Positions 21,600 through 31,851 of a stretch of 55,162 nt of DNA are shown here, one piece after another. The translations under genes were made by a program, and so were the position numbers. Origin of the DNA: Burkholderiales bacterium (GTDB lineage Bacteria > Pseudomonadota > Gammaproteobacteria > Burkholderiales > Usitatibacteraceae); the NCBI GenBank assembly GCA_025359285.1, contig JANYGV010000315.1, positions 1-55,162 of the forward strand. Direction: 5' to 3'. The notes beneath the pieces were generated by a model that was given only the letters and a program-made list of their open reading frames with translations, searched no databases and had not been told where the DNA came from. The stretch's first letter is position 1; each line of letters opens with the position of its first letter.

Positions 21600-22475
21600 A
21601 TGACCACGCAAGCGATGTGCCTGCCGAGTGTATTTCTAAATGGCAAATTTATGCCGTTGGAAGATGCACACATTTCGCCGTTGGATCGTGGCTTCATTTT
21701 CGGCGACGGCGTATACGAGGTGATTCCGTTCTATGACGGCAAGGCGTTGCGCCTGCATGAACATTTGAAACGCCTGCAGCGCAGTTTGGATGAATTGGAA
21801 ATCGATAATCCATACTCGACAGATCAGTGGAAAGCCCATATCGGCGCGCTGGTTGAGCATAATGGTGGCGGAAATATTGCGATATATATTCAGATTACAC
21901 GCGGCGTAGCGAAGCGTGATTTCGCCCCGATTAGGGGGCTCAAGCAGACCGTTTTCATGATGGCGAACCCGTTGCCAACGCCCAAACGCGACGTCTACGA
22001 GCGCGGTATTTCTTGCGTTTCATTGGATGATAGTCGCTGGCTACGCTGTCACATAAAATCAACCGCGTTGCTCGGCGCGGTGATGTTAAAACATGCGTCG
22101 AACAACGAGGGCGCGGATGAAGCATTGCTATTTCGCGACGGTTATTTGACCGAGTCCTCCGCAAGCAATATTGCGGCGATAAAAAACGGCGTAATTCTTT
22201 GCCCACCGATGGACAACCTGATTCTGCCCGGCATCACCTATGAATTAATGATTGAATTGGCCCGTAACGCGGGGCTGCCACTGGAAGTTCGCCGCGTCTC
22301 TCGGCACGAGGTAAATACAGCCGATGAGTTGTGGATTTTGTCGTCCACCAAAGAAGTGGTGCCGATCACGACGCTGGATGAAAAACCGGTCGGGCACGGC
22401 GCGCAGGCAGGCAAACCTGGCCCGCTATTTTGGAAAATGTACGAACTGTTTCAAACCTACAAACGCGGCCTGTAA
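21600..22475 (+). CDS. Class IV aminotransferase (D-amino-acid transaminase-like)
   Basis: Fold-type IV motifs RGFIFGDGVYE and YLTESSASNI. It sits in the dacA-ybeD-lipB style neighbourhood. Confidence 0.8.
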   Translation: MTTQAMCLPSVFLNGKFMPLEDAHISPLDRGFIFGDGVYEVIPFYDGKALRLHEHLKRLQRSLDELEIDNPYSTDQWKAHIGALVEHNGGGNIAIYIQITRGVAKRDFAPIRGLKQTVFMMANPLPTPKRDVYERGISCVSLDDSRWLRCHIKSTALLGAVMLKHASNNEGADEALLFRDGYLTESSASNIAAIKNGVILCPPMDNLILPGITYELMIELARNAGLPLEVRRVSRHEVNTADELWILSSTKEVVPITTLDEKPVGHGAQAGKPGPLFWKMYELFQTYKRGL

Positions 22476-22500
22476 ATAACCAAAACGCATAGGTGCATAC

Positions 22501-22809
22501 ATGGCAAACGAACACCCAAAACTAATTGGTGAAGGCGAAGAGACACTACTCAAATTCCCCACGATGTTTCCGATCAAGGCGATGGGAAAAATGGCAAACG
22601 ATGATGGCCAGAGTAATTTTGCGCAGCTGGTGATCGATATCGTGCTGAAGCACGCGCCGGATCTGGATACCAGCTTGATCGAAATGCGCCCGTCAAAAAA
22701 TGGTAATTTTTTATCGGTGACGGCAACGATCAACGCCACTTCCAAGCTGCAAATAGACGATATTTACCGCGAGCTTTCTGCACATCCGCTGGTGTTGATG
22801 GCGCTTTAG
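22501..22809 (+). CDS. ybeD: YbeD/DUF493 family protein
   Basis: A small protein (102 aa) containing FPTMFPIKAMG, directly upstream of lipB as in many proteobacteria. Confidence 0.8.
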   Translation: MANEHPKLIGEGEETLLKFPTMFPIKAMGKMANDDGQSNFAQLVIDIVLKHAPDLDTSLIEMRPSKNGNFLSVTATINATSKLQIDDIYRELSAHPLVLMAL

Positions 22810-23441
22810 TGTTTGCCCCCGTCATTAGAAAACTTGGCCGCGCCGAATATGCTGAAACGCTGCTTGCGATGCGCATCCAAAACCGCGAGCGCGCGACCGA
22901 TACACCCGACGAAATTTGGCTGCTTGAGCATCCGCCTGTCTTCACCTTGGGCCTCGCAGGTAAGTCAGCGCATGTGCTCGACGCTGGCGAGATTTCCGTG
23001 ATTAAGGTTGAGCGTGGCGGACAGGTGACCTATCACGGGCCGGGGCAGCTTATCGCTTATTTATTGTTGGATGTGAGGCGCCTCGGGATCGGCGTCAAAG
23101 AACTTGTGCGAAGAATCGAGCAATCGCTGATCGATTTGCTTGCACAATATAAGATCGACAGTGTTCGCAAGCCGGGTATGCCTGGCGTGTATGTGAACGT
23201 TGATGGCGTCGATGCAAAAATCGCTGCGATTGGTCTGCGTGTTGCCCGCCACGCCACCTATCACGGCCTGTCGCTTAATGTGAATATGGATCTGGAACCG
23301 TTTTCACGCATCAACCCTTGTGGTTATGAAGGGCTTGCGGTCACGCAAATGCACGATCTGGGCGTGACGGATAAAATAGATGCGATTGGTGAGAAATTGA
23401 TCGCGCAATTGCAGCGCAATTTAAATGTGGTTTCGTCTTAG
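22809..23441 (+). CDS. lipB: Octanoyltransferase LipB
   Basis: The GTG start overlaps the ybeD stop (TAGTG). Contains [24 protein letters not shown] and KIAAIG. Confidence 0.93.
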   Translation: MFAPVIRKLGRAEYAETLLAMRIQNRERATDTPDEIWLLEHPPVFTLGLAGKSAHVLDAGEISVIKVERGGQVTYHGPGQLIAYLLLDVRRLGIGVKELVRRIEQSLIDLLAQYKIDSVRKPGMPGVYVNVDGVDAKIAAIGLRVARHATYHGLSLNVNMDLEPFSRINPCGYEGLAVTQMHDLGVTDKIDAIGEKLIAQLQRNLNVVSS

Positions 23442-23475
23442 TCATTTTTTAAGACGTCAACAAACTGGAATAAAT

Positions 23476-24480
23476 ATGGAAGCAGCAGACATAAACCTAA
23501 GCCCGAACATAAACGCAAAACCAGGTGTCGTCGCGGGCGTAAAGGAAAAAAGCGAGCTTAAAACGGCGCGCATTCCGATCAAAATTATTCCCGCCGAGCG
23601 CTTAAAAAAGCCGGAGTGGATTCGCGTGAAAGCGGGCTCACCTTCCACGCGCTTTTACGAAATTAAACAAATTTTGCGCGATGCCAATTTGCACACCGTC
23701 TGCGAAGAGGCTTCCTGCCCGAATATCGGCGAATGCTTCGGCAAAGGCACCGCCACCTTCATGATCATGGGCGATTTATGTACGCGACGCTGCCCGTTTT
23801 GCGACGTCGGTCACGGCCGCCCGCTACCGCTCGACCTTGACGAGCCACGCCATCTGGCTGAAACGATTGCGAAGCTGAAGTTGAAATATGTGGTCATCAC
23901 CAGCGTGGATCGCGACGATCTGCGCGATGGTGGCGCGGAGCATTTTGTAAATTGCATACGCGAAACCCGCAAACTTTCACCGACCACACGGATCGAAATT
24001 CTCACCCCTGATTTCCGCGCCCGTCTTGATCGCGCGTTGAATATTTTGCGCGAAGCCCCGCCGGACGTCATGAACCACAATCTCGAAACCGTGCCGCGTC
24101 TTTACAAACAGGCGCGTCCCGGCTCTGACTACGCACACTCACTCAAACTGTTGAAAGATTTCAAAGCCGAACAAAAGGGGGTGCCAACCAAGAGTGGTCT
24201 GATGGTCGGCTTGGGTGAAACCAACGAAGAAATTCTGGACGTAATGCGCGATCTGCGCGCTCACGATGTCGACATGCTTACGATTGGCCAGTACCTGCAA
24301 CCATCCGGCCATCACCTGCCGGTGCTGCGTTACGCGACACCCGACGAATTCAAAATGTTTGAAACCGAAGCCTACAGAATGGGCTTCATTCATGCCGCCA
24401 GCGGGCCGATGGTGCGCAGTTCATATCACGCCGATCAGATGGCACACGAGGCGGGTCTCGCTTTGAACACGTACACATAA
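23476..24480 (+). CDS. lipA: Lipoyl synthase LipA
   Basis: Has the auxiliary cluster motif [12 protein letters not shown] and the radical-SAM motif CTRRCPFC. I prefer the ATG at 23476 over the lipB-overlapping track start at 23425. Confidence 0.95.
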   Translation: MEAADINLSPNINAKPGVVAGVKEKSELKTARIPIKIIPAERLKKPEWIRVKAGSPSTRFYEIKQILRDANLHTVCEEASCPNIGECFGKGTATFMIMGDLCTRRCPFCDVGHGRPLPLDLDEPRHLAETIAKLKLKYVVITSVDRDDLRDGGAEHFVNCIRETRKLSPTTRIEILTPDFRARLDRALNILREAPPDVMNHNLETVPRLYKQARPGSDYAHSLKLLKDFKAEQKGVPTKSGLMVGLGETNEEILDVMRDLRAHDVDMLTIGQYLQPSGHHLPVLRYATPDEFKMFETEAYRMGFIHAASGPMVRSSYHADQMAHEAGLALNTYT

Positions 24481-24544
24481 TTGAGAAAATTTGCACGTAA
24501 CAAAGAGCGAATTCAATAACGACAATGACTCAATAAAATTTAGC

Positions 24545-24915
24545 CTTTCATTTGGAAACAGCGGACGACGAAGGTTAAAGGAATGGACAACTCGTTGGGG
24601 ACGGCTCCCGATGGCGAATCGAGTGGTTCGACCAATAGCGCGTAAATCTTGTGCCGGAACGTCCCGTGGTAAAAATTCTGCAAGATCGTCTTGTGAAAAC
24701 GCTCCCGAATATCGTTGGTTTGCGGACGCCGCAACTTGTTCTTGGTGTCATCAATATCTTCTGGCACCGCATCCAGCTCAAAGTCACGCGATTCGGCGCC
24801 CCACAATACCCGCGGCCACAATCGATCAATGTCGTAAGGGCGATATTTTTACCCATGCCGTTTGGTCATCCGATTTGGACAATTGGCTTTGCCATTTCGT
24901 CTATGTTGACAATGC
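24545..24915 (-). pseudogene. Degraded 3' fragment of an IS481-like (rve/DDE integrase-core) transposase gene
   Basis: Minus-strand pieces lie in three frames: ..RMTKRHG* / GKNIALTTLIDCGRGYCG / ESRDFELD..DDTKNKLRRPQTNDIRERFHKTILQNFYHGTFRHKIY. Together they match the conserved ..LTDRGTEYCG....RPQTNG.ERFHKTILQEFY.. C-terminal core of these transposases. There are at least two frameshifts, and the N-terminal ~2/3 is absent. Confidence 0.7.
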
Positions 24916-24919
24916 AGCG

Positions 24920-25692
24920 TCACCAGTTATTCGGCCAACAAATTGACGCGGATTCTCCACACGCTTCGAACAACGGCTTGCTAAACAAGAAGCCCTGCAT
25001 CAAGGTGATACTGAAGCGCCTGAGGAATTGATATTGTTTAACGCTTTCGACGCCTTCCGCAATGATGCGGACACCGGGGTCTGTGCAAATTTGTACAACA
25101 CCGCGCGCAATCGCTTGCTTGACAAGTAATTTATCGATGTCGTGTATCAGCTCTACGTCCAGCTTGATAATATCGGGCTGAAACTCGGCCAATAAACTCA
25201 AGCCTGCGAAGCCCGCACCGAAGTCATCAATTGCCGTCAAAATTCGATCCGTTGATATTCACGAAATACCTCAGCCAACCATCGGCCGTCGCTAATATGC
25301 TCACCCTCAACCGTCTCAAACATAATGCGCTCAAGTGGAAACCCGTAGAGCCGCGCGGCCTCTAAGATCGTGCGAATACACACCTCCGGCCGATAAATGG
25401 CGTTCGGCATAAAGTTGATCGATAACATCGTTTGCATGTCCAACTTCGCTGCCATCTTGATGGCTTCAACGCGGCAGGCCTGGTCAAATCGATAGCAGTT
25501 AGACTCGTTAATTTGCGACAGCACGCTAGCGGCTGTCTCACCGTAAGGGCCGCGCACTAACGCTTCGTGGGCAAATATTTCTCGAGTTTCAACAGCGACG
25601 ATCGGTTGAAAGGCGTAGCTGAAATTAAACGTCAGGTATTCGCTAGCGGCGCAGTTGTTACAACTGGCGTCAGGCAGAATGTCGCCGCGCAA
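24920..25692 (-). pseudogene. Stand-alone EAL-domain c-di-GMP phosphodiesterase gene interrupted by a 1-nt frameshift
   Basis: Two overlapping ORFs (25237-25692 and 24920-25240) together encode one EAL domain: FQPIV..HEALVRG, NFMPN, FETVEGE | TAIDDFGAGFAG, IKLD, AEGVE, QGFLFSKP. The break falls in a homopolymer (AAAA on the plus strand, 25239-25242). One extra base would restore ..REYQRIEFLTAIDDFG.. Confidence 0.8.
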
Positions 25693-25984
25693 GGCGAATT
25701 CGGTGATACAAATTTTACATTTTTGATCGTTCGAATCACGACTGGTTAGAAATAAGTGCCGAATAAATGAGACGCAACATTTAACTACTGAATGATAACT
25801 GTAGGTATGAAACGTAGCGCTTTAGCTGCTGGGAAGCTGTCTTATGCAATCCGTAATTTAGCAACGAACGTCACTCGGCTATGAAATGCCGCCTCCGCCA
25901 ATGACAATGACTTTGCTTGTCTGGACGGCAATCCTCGACACAATTTGACCTGACAAACAACTATTGTTTGCATCCGCGCACTCG

Positions 25985-26701
25985 TTACCTCAATATCGCC
26001 ACAACTTCATCCAAACTTTTCACCACATAATCCGGCGTCACGCCCAGCCGCTCAACTGGCGCGCCGCGGCGATTTATCCAAAAAACATTGAAGCCAAACG
26101 CTTTGGCTCCCGCCGCGTCCCAGCCGTTTGACGAGACAAACCCAATTTCATTTTTTGCGATGCCCAAGCGATCAACCGCGAACTGATACACGCGCGGATC
26201 GGGCTTGAATACGCCTACCCCTACTTCCTCTACGCTCAATACTTCATCAAGCACGCTATCAAAACCATTGTGTTTAACCACCGCGTTTAGCATATCGGGC
26301 GCACCGTTGGAGAGGATCGCGAGTTTGGGTTTGTTCTTAGCCGCGTTTAACGTGGCGAGTGCGTTGCGAGCATCGGTGAATGGTTGCAGCGTGCGATATG
26401 CGTGAATCAATTCATCGAGTAGCGCATCGGTATAGCTGAGCGCCAGCGCTTCGCACACCACGCGCAATGCATCTTGCGTGACGTCATTAAAATCGACATG
26501 ACGCTGCATGCTGTTACGCAGCCAAGTGTATTCAAGCTGCTTTACTCGCCACGCCTGCGAGAGTGCTTCGCCCTTGCCCGGGAAAAGCCGTTCGCAAGTC
26601 GTGACAACCGAATGCACATCAAACAAGGTGCCATAGGCATCAAATACCAAAGCTCGAAAATAGCCAGACCCCGTTGTGGGCGGTGCAGATGTTTTGGACA
26701 T
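25985..26701 (-). CDS. HAD-superfamily hydrolase, type II haloacid dehalogenase-like
   Basis: Contains FDAYGTLFDV (DxYGT nucleophile motif), SNG and a C-terminal FVSSNGWDAAGA. I prefer the ATG at 26701, which has GGAG 5 nt upstream; the track start is at 26719. Confidence 0.82.
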   Translation of the reverse strand: MSKTSAPPTTGSGYFRALVFDAYGTLFDVHSVVTTCERLFPGKGEALSQAWRVKQLEYTWLRNSMQRHVDFNDVTQDALRVVCEALALSYTDALLDELIHAYRTLQPFTDARNALATLNAAKNKPKLAILSNGAPDMLNAVVKHNGFDSVLDEVLSVEEVGVGVFKPDPRVYQFAVDRLGIAKNEIGFVSSNGWDAAGAKAFGFNVFWINRRGAPVERLGVTPDYVVKSLDEVVAILR

Positions 26702-26835
26702 GCGGACTCCGAAATTCATAGCAGGTAATTACACATTTATTTTATGCGCAAGCGGCAACGCCACTTCATTTCATCGCAGATCACGGTAGCACAATGTCGC
26801 GCATCGCTGTCTTGCGTTTTAGGCTTTGCCCATGC

Positions 26836-27219
26836 ATGCTGGCATCCATGATTCGCGGACTCGCTATTTTGCTCATATTTCAATCCATCGGCGAAGTGGC
26901 GACCCGATTTATCCACGGCCTGATTCCGGGGCCGGTCATCGGCATGATCTTGCTGCTGGTTTTCTTGATCGTGAAGAAAAAAATCGCGCCATCAATCTCA
27001 ACGGCGGCGGATGGACTGCTCGCACATTTGGCGATATTTTTTATTCCGGCGGCGGTCGGTGTGATGCTATATGTGAGCGAACTTGCGAGCGCGGGCGCCG
27101 CATGGCTGCTGGCGATCCTCTTGAGTACCGCCGCGTCGATGGCGATCACGGCGTTGCTATTGAAATGGTTTTTTAAGGGCGACGATAGCGGCGCAAAAAA
27201 ACCGGATTTGTCGTCATGA
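26836..27219 (+). CDS. CidA/LrgA family holin-like membrane protein
   Basis: A small protein with 4 TM helices (LLIFQSIGE..PGPVIGMILL). Its stop overlaps the start of an LrgB-family gene (ATGA). An alternative start lies at 26794. Confidence 0.8.
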   Translation: MLASMIRGLAILLIFQSIGEVATRFIHGLIPGPVIGMILLLVFLIVKKKIAPSISTAADGLLAHLAIFFIPAAVGVMLYVSELASAGAAWLLAILLSTAASMAITALLLKWFFKGDDSGAKKPDLSS

Positions 27220-27962
27220 ATCCATCCACACTGCTTCCGGTTGGCATCAACAATCTTGCCGAAATCTGGGTCTATCTATCGGCCACGCCTTTATTCGGCC
27301 TTACGCTCACGCTGCTCGCCTATGTGCTGGCCGATATGGCGTATCAACGCACGAATCGCCACCCACTCGCCAATCCGGTATTGATCGCGGTCGCGACCAT
27401 TATTGCCGTGCTGACGTTGACGCGCACCGACTACAAAACCTATTTTCAAGGCGCGCAATTCGTTCACTTTTTGCTCGGCACGGCAACCGTAGCACTCGCA
27501 ATTCCGCTCGCCCGTTTATGGAACGAGCTTCGCGCGCGCGCGATTCCCTTGCTGCTGGCCGTATTGGCCGGCGGCGCGGCCTCGGTACTGGTGGCCGTCG
27601 GGGTGGCTAAATTGCTGTCGGCTCCGCCAACCATAGTGATGTCGCTCTTACCTAAATCGGTCACCGCGCCAATCGCTATGGGCATCGCCGAACAAATCGG
27701 CGGCTCGCCCACCCTGGCGGCAGTGTTTGCTATCAGCACGGGCATCATCGGCGCATTGATTGCAACACCGCTACTCAATTTATTGGGCGTTCGCGATTGG
27801 GCGGCGCGCGGTTTTGCGGTCGGTGTCGCCGCACACGGCATCGGCACGGCGCGCGCCTATTCGGTTCATCCCCGCGCGGGCGCGTACGCGAGCCTGGGCA
27901 TGGGGCTGCACGCGCTATTGGGCGCGATTACGCTACCGTGGCTGGCGAAATTGATTATTTAG
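27216..27962 (+). CDS. LrgB/CidB family membrane protein
   Basis: A polytopic membrane protein (KSVTAPIAMGIAEQIGG is typical of LrgB), translationally coupled to the LrgA-like gene. Confidence 0.85.
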   Translation: MNPSTLLPVGINNLAEIWVYLSATPLFGLTLTLLAYVLADMAYQRTNRHPLANPVLIAVATIIAVLTLTRTDYKTYFQGAQFVHFLLGTATVALAIPLARLWNELRARAIPLLLAVLAGGAASVLVAVGVAKLLSAPPTIVMSLLPKSVTAPIAMGIAEQIGGSPTLAAVFAISTGIIGALIATPLLNLLGVRDWAARGFAVGVAAHGIGTARAYSVHPRAGAYASLGMGLHALLGAITLPWLAKLII

Positions 27963-28196
27963 CCTGAAACTTAAACACTAGCGCCAGCGGGGTGTTTGGA
28001 ACAAAAACCCCTCAAACACCGCGCCTGTTGTAGTGTTTTATATCGCCTTGTCGCAATTCTTTGAAGGCTTGAGACGGTATTTGTTATACTCAAGCTCTAA
28101 ATTTTTATTCGCGGTTTCCGTTGTCTGGGGCAACCATTTCGTTCGCCCAATCTCGCTCTTCCAATCCCTCCTTCCACCCTTTTCCGCAGGAATTCC

Positions 28197-29411
28197 ATGG
28201 CAAAAATTAAAGTTAAAAACCCCGTCGTTGAAATGGATGGCGATGAGATGACGCGCATCATCTGGCAGATGATTCGTGAAAAATTGATTCTGCCGTATCT
28301 CGATATTGATCTGAAATACTACGATTTGGGGATGGAGCATCGCGATGCCACTGACGACAAAGTCACCGTCGATTCAGCTATGGCCACCAAGCAATACGGC
28401 GTCGCTGTAAAGTGTGCGACGATCACGCCAGACGAAGCGCGCGTGAAGGAATTTAGCCTCAAGCAAATGTGGAAATCGCCCAACGGCACCATCCGCAATA
28501 TTCTTGACGGCACCATTTTCCGAGAGCCGATTATTTGCAAGAATGTGCCGCGTTTAGTGGCGCATTGGGATAAGCCGGTAGTGGTCGCGCGTCATGGTTT
28601 TGGCGATCAATATCGCGCCACCGATTTTCAGTTCCCGAGCGCGGGCACCTTGACCGTTAAATTCACGCCAACGGACGGTTCGGCACCGATTGAGCGTGAA
28701 GTATTCAAAGCGCCTGGCGCGGGTATTTCGTTGTCAATGTATAACCTCGATGAATCCATCGCCGGTTTTGCGCGCGCCTGTTTTAACTACAGCTTGCAGC
28801 GTAAATACCCGATGTATTTGTCGACTAAAAATACGATTTTGAAAGTCTACGACGGTCGTTTCAAAAACCTGTTCCAACAAATTTTTGATGCGGAATTTAA
28901 AGCAAAATTTGACGCAGAAGGCATCACCTATGAACATCGTCTGATTGACGACATGGTGGCATCGAATCTGAAATGGAGCGGCGGTTATTTGTGGGCTTGT
29001 AAAAACTATGACGGCGATGTGCAATCTGACACCGTGGCGCAGGGCTACGGCTCGTTGGGTCTGATGACCTCAGTGCTGATGTCGCCAGATGGCAAAGCTG
29101 TTGAATCCGAAGCCGCGCACGGCACCGTGACCCGCCATTACCGCATGCATCAGCAAGGCAAGCCGACCTCAACGAACCCGATTGCTTCCATCTACGCCTG
29201 GACACGCGGCCTGCAAGCACGCGGCCGTCTGGATGGCACGCAAGACGTGGTGGACTTTGCGTTGAAGCTTGAGAAGGCCTGCGTGGATGTGGTCGAGGCG
29301 GGCAAAATGACCAAAGATCTGGCAACCCTGATTAGCGCGGATCATCCATATCTCACCACTGAGGAGTATATGCATGCCGTCGATGCCGAGCTGAAGCGGC
29401 AGATGGCATAA
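28197..29411 (+). CDS. icd: NADP-dependent isocitrate dehydrogenase, type II (eukaryote IDH1-like homodimeric form)
   Basis: 404 aa. Contains [42 protein letters not shown] and TSTNPIASI, and is nearly collinear with eukaryotic cytosolic IDH as I recall that sequence. Confidence 0.95.
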   Translation: MAKIKVKNPVVEMDGDEMTRIIWQMIREKLILPYLDIDLKYYDLGMEHRDATDDKVTVDSAMATKQYGVAVKCATITPDEARVKEFSLKQMWKSPNGTIRNILDGTIFREPIICKNVPRLVAHWDKPVVVARHGFGDQYRATDFQFPSAGTLTVKFTPTDGSAPIEREVFKAPGAGISLSMYNLDESIAGFARACFNYSLQRKYPMYLSTKNTILKVYDGRFKNLFQQIFDAEFKAKFDAEGITYEHRLIDDMVASNLKWSGGYLWACKNYDGDVQSDTVAQGYGSLGLMTSVLMSPDGKAVESEAAHGTVTRHYRMHQQGKPTSTNPIASIYAWTRGLQARGRLDGTQDVVDFALKLEKACVDVVEAGKMTKDLATLISADHPYLTTEEYMHAVDAELKRQMA

Positions 29412-29449
29412 CGCTTCAGGCGCGTTCTTATCAAGGCACAGGCAGGAAC

Positions 29450-29480
29450 AAAAAAGGCTTTCGCGAGAAAGCCTTTTTTA
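29450..29480 (+). terminator. Rho-independent terminator after icd
   Basis: Stem ggctttc / gaaagcc with loop gcga, flanked by an A-run upstream and TTTTTT downstream. Confidence 0.85.
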
Positions 29481-29628
29481 CGCTCATGTCGACTCCGCAA
29501 GCGAAACTTTTTTGATCTCGAAGGCACTAAATTTTGGATGTTTAAGACGAGCTTGAACCAGCTAAACACAGTCTGTCCTAGAAATTTAATTTATCCATTG
29601 AGTTCGTTAATCTACGAAAGGTGTTCCT

Positions 29629-30237
29629 ATGTTAAAAACGCTTATCGCTTCTGCCGTGCTTGCGGCATCATTCTCAAGCGGCGCATTGGCTGCTGCCACG
29701 GTCGGCCAAGCCGCACCTGATTTTGCGCTCACCGACGTGAATGGCAAAACCGTAAAACTCTCAGATTTCAAAGGCAAAAACGTGGTGATGGAATGGCACA
29801 ACCCAGGCTGCCCGTTCGTGCAAAAGCACTACAACAGCAACAACATGCAAACGCTGCAAAATAAATACGATGCAAAAGACACGGTATGGCTGACCGTCAA
29901 TTCAACCGAGACCGGGCATCAGGATTATCTGAGCAACGACAAGCTTCGTGGCTATATTGCCGACAAAAAAGCCGCGCCAGATGCCTATATGACAGACGCC
30001 GATGGCAAGGTCGGCAAGACCTATGGTGCCAAAACCACGCCACATATGTACGTCATCAATCCGGCGGGGTTGGTCGTGTATGCAGGGGCGATTGACGACA
30101 AGCCCGGCACCAAAATTGAGGAAGTTAAAGGCGCAAAAAACTTTGTAGTTGCCGCATTGGATGATCTAGCGGCAGGCAAGCCGGTGTCGGCGGCTACCAC
30201 GCAACCCTATGGGTGCAGCGTCAAATATAAAAGCTAG
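29629..30237 (+). CDS. Secreted thioredoxin-fold (redoxin / AhpC-TSA-like) protein
   Basis: Signal peptide, then FKGKNVVMEWHNPGCPFVQKHY, a thioredoxin-fold active-site region. 202 aa. Confidence 0.75.
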   Translation: MLKTLIASAVLAASFSSGALAAATVGQAAPDFALTDVNGKTVKLSDFKGKNVVMEWHNPGCPFVQKHYNSNNMQTLQNKYDAKDTVWLTVNSTETGHQDYLSNDKLRGYIADKKAAPDAYMTDADGKVGKTYGAKTTPHMYVINPAGLVVYAGAIDDKPGTKIEEVKGAKNFVVAALDDLAAGKPVSAATTQPYGCSVKYKS

Positions 30238-30257
30238 CATTGCACTTCGCATGACAT

Positions 30258-30289
30258 AAAAAAAGCCCGCGTCAAAGCGGGCTTTTTTT
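30258..30289. terminator. Bidirectional Rho-independent terminator between the convergent redoxin and Crp/Fnr genes
   Basis: Sequence aaaaaaagcccgc-gtcaaa-gcgggcttttttt: a 7-bp GC-rich stem flanked by an A-run and a T-run. Confidence 0.88.
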
Positions 30290-30361
30290 CGTCGGCGCAC
30301 CGCCGCCGCACAATTCAGCGCTAATGCGTTTCTGCATTGGTGGAGCTGGCAAGTGCTGCGT

Positions 30362-31048
30362 TTAGTATTGGGCCGCTAGCCGATCATCCAAAATCGTAAT
30401 CGATTTGCGTTGAACATTGATATAGCCGCCGTCCTGCAAATCCTGCAAAGTACGGTTCACCATCTCGCGCGATGCGCCCACCATGCTGGCGAGATCTTTT
30501 TGCGTAAACGGTTCACCGACCACGCGCCGACCGTTGGACACAATGGCTAACTCCAGCAGCGTGCGCGAAATGCGCGTCGAAATATCCGTCAAGGCGAGCG
30601 AATTTATTTTACGGTCAGCGTGACGAAGCCGGGTAGCCAGCGTTTCCATGACGCGCACGGCGATGTCAGGAGACTGTTCCACAACGCGTTGAAATGACGG
30701 ATATGACAGCACTTGCAAGTGGCAGCGGTCCAGCGCGGCGACGTTGGCGCAGCGCGGCTCCTGATCCAGCAACGGCAGCTCGCCAAAAAAATCGCCCGGG
30801 CCCAACGTTTTGAGAATGACTTCTCGGCCGGGATCATTTCCATCTGTCATGTAGACCTTTACCTGGCCCGCAATAATCACGTAAAAAGACGTGGCAATAT
30901 CGCCTTCTTTCAGGATCACACTGCCTTTGTCAAAAGCAACCATCGCCGTATGAGACACCACGCTCTCAAGCTGCTTCGCGGAAAGGTTGCGAAATAACGG
31001 AATGATTTTAAGCACTAGTCCCACCTGCACATTTAGATTGTCTGTCAC
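30362..31048 (-). CDS. Crp/Fnr family transcriptional regulator (cNMP-binding domain plus HTH)
   Basis: cNMP-binding beta-barrel (GDFFGELPLL), a C-terminal HTH (TQKDLASMVGASREMVNRTLQDL), and no N-terminal Fnr Cys cluster. Confidence 0.88.
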   Translation of the reverse strand: MTDNLNVQVGLVLKIIPLFRNLSAKQLESVVSHTAMVAFDKGSVILKEGDIATSFYVIIAGQVKVYMTDGNDPGREVILKTLGPGDFFGELPLLDQEPRCANVAALDRCHLQVLSYPSFQRVVEQSPDIAVRVMETLATRLRHADRKINSLALTDISTRISRTLLELAIVSNGRRVVGEPFTQKDLASMVGASREMVNRTLQDLQDGGYINVQRKSITILDDRLAAQY

Positions 31049-31135
31049 CAGTATGCGTCTCGGCAGGATTTGAAAAAATGAACTAGTTCACAATTTTCAA
31101 ATACGTCCGCAATTAAGCATTTGCGATGGCTAAGT

Positions 31136-31831
31136 CTAGGAATGATCTGTGCGCTCACCGCAACCGCCACCCCTAATATGTCGGGAAACCACGCTTTTAA
31201 GAATATGCAGGCGTTGGTGGAAAAAATGCTCTGCCCCCGGTATGAGCGTAATCGGCAAATTATGGCCCCGCGCCCAATCCAGGGGTTCGCTGAGCGGCAC
31301 CGTCTCGTCAAGTTCGCCGTGCACTACCAGCGTTGAGTCCGGCGGCTTCAACTCCAGAATAGATCTATCCTGCAACCTGCTCAGCGATGGCGCGATCAGC
31401 ACCATTTCCGTCGCGCTGAGACCTGGCGCAAGCTCACTAAGGCGCGTGCTAGCGGCCAGTGTGACCGCACCGCCGAACGAAAACCCCGCCAGCCATAGTG
31501 GCCCCTTAGATGAGGCGTTCGCATTTCTTGCAACCGCGTGTGAGATAACACGGAGCATGTCATCGGTCTCGCCGCGCGCGTCATCGTGGACGCCCTCGCT
31601 ACCACCGACGCCGCGAAAATTGAACCGATATACATCAGCGCCGAGGTCAAAAAATGTTCGCGCGAGTGTGGTCACCACTTTATTGTCCATCGTGCCGCCA
31701 AACAGCGGATGGGGATGCGCGACGATGGCAATCGCGCTGTGTTGATGATCGGATCGAACATGCGATGCGACCTCAATCGCGCCTGCAGCGCCTGCAATAA
31801 ATTCGCGAAAATTGGGAAATGGTATAGCCAT
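31136..31831 (-). CDS. Alpha/beta hydrolase (COG2945-like)
   Basis: Contains HPHPLFGGTMDNKVV and the GFSFGG nucleophile elbow. I prefer the ATG at 31831 over the TTG at 31843. Confidence 0.75.
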   Translation of the reverse strand: MAIPFPNFREFIAGAAGAIEVASHVRSDHQHSAIAIVAHPHPLFGGTMDNKVVTTLARTFFDLGADVYRFNFRGVGGSEGVHDDARGETDDMLRVISHAVARNANASSKGPLWLAGFSFGGAVTLAASTRLSELAPGLSATEMVLIAPSLSRLQDRSILELKPPDSTLVVHGELDETVPLSEPLDWARGHNLPITLIPGAEHFFHQRLHILKSVVSRHIRGGGCGERTDHS

Positions 31832-31851
31832 TATTTTGCGCAATAAATTAG

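Noticed and set aside
24491-25031. Plus-strand ORFs of 151 aa and 126 aa between lipA and the EAL gene.
   Set aside because: They lie antisense to the recognisable transposase remnant and to the EAL 3' end, and they have no motifs. They are by-products of decayed sequence.
26836-27962. The idea that the CidA/LrgA-LrgB pair is the target of the two LytS/LytTR systems, as lrgAB is of LytSR in Staphylococcus.
   Set aside because: The loci are ~6 kb apart, on opposite strands, and separated by about nine unrelated genes (icd, the redoxin gene, crp and others). Nothing in the sequence links them, so the connection would be pure analogy.
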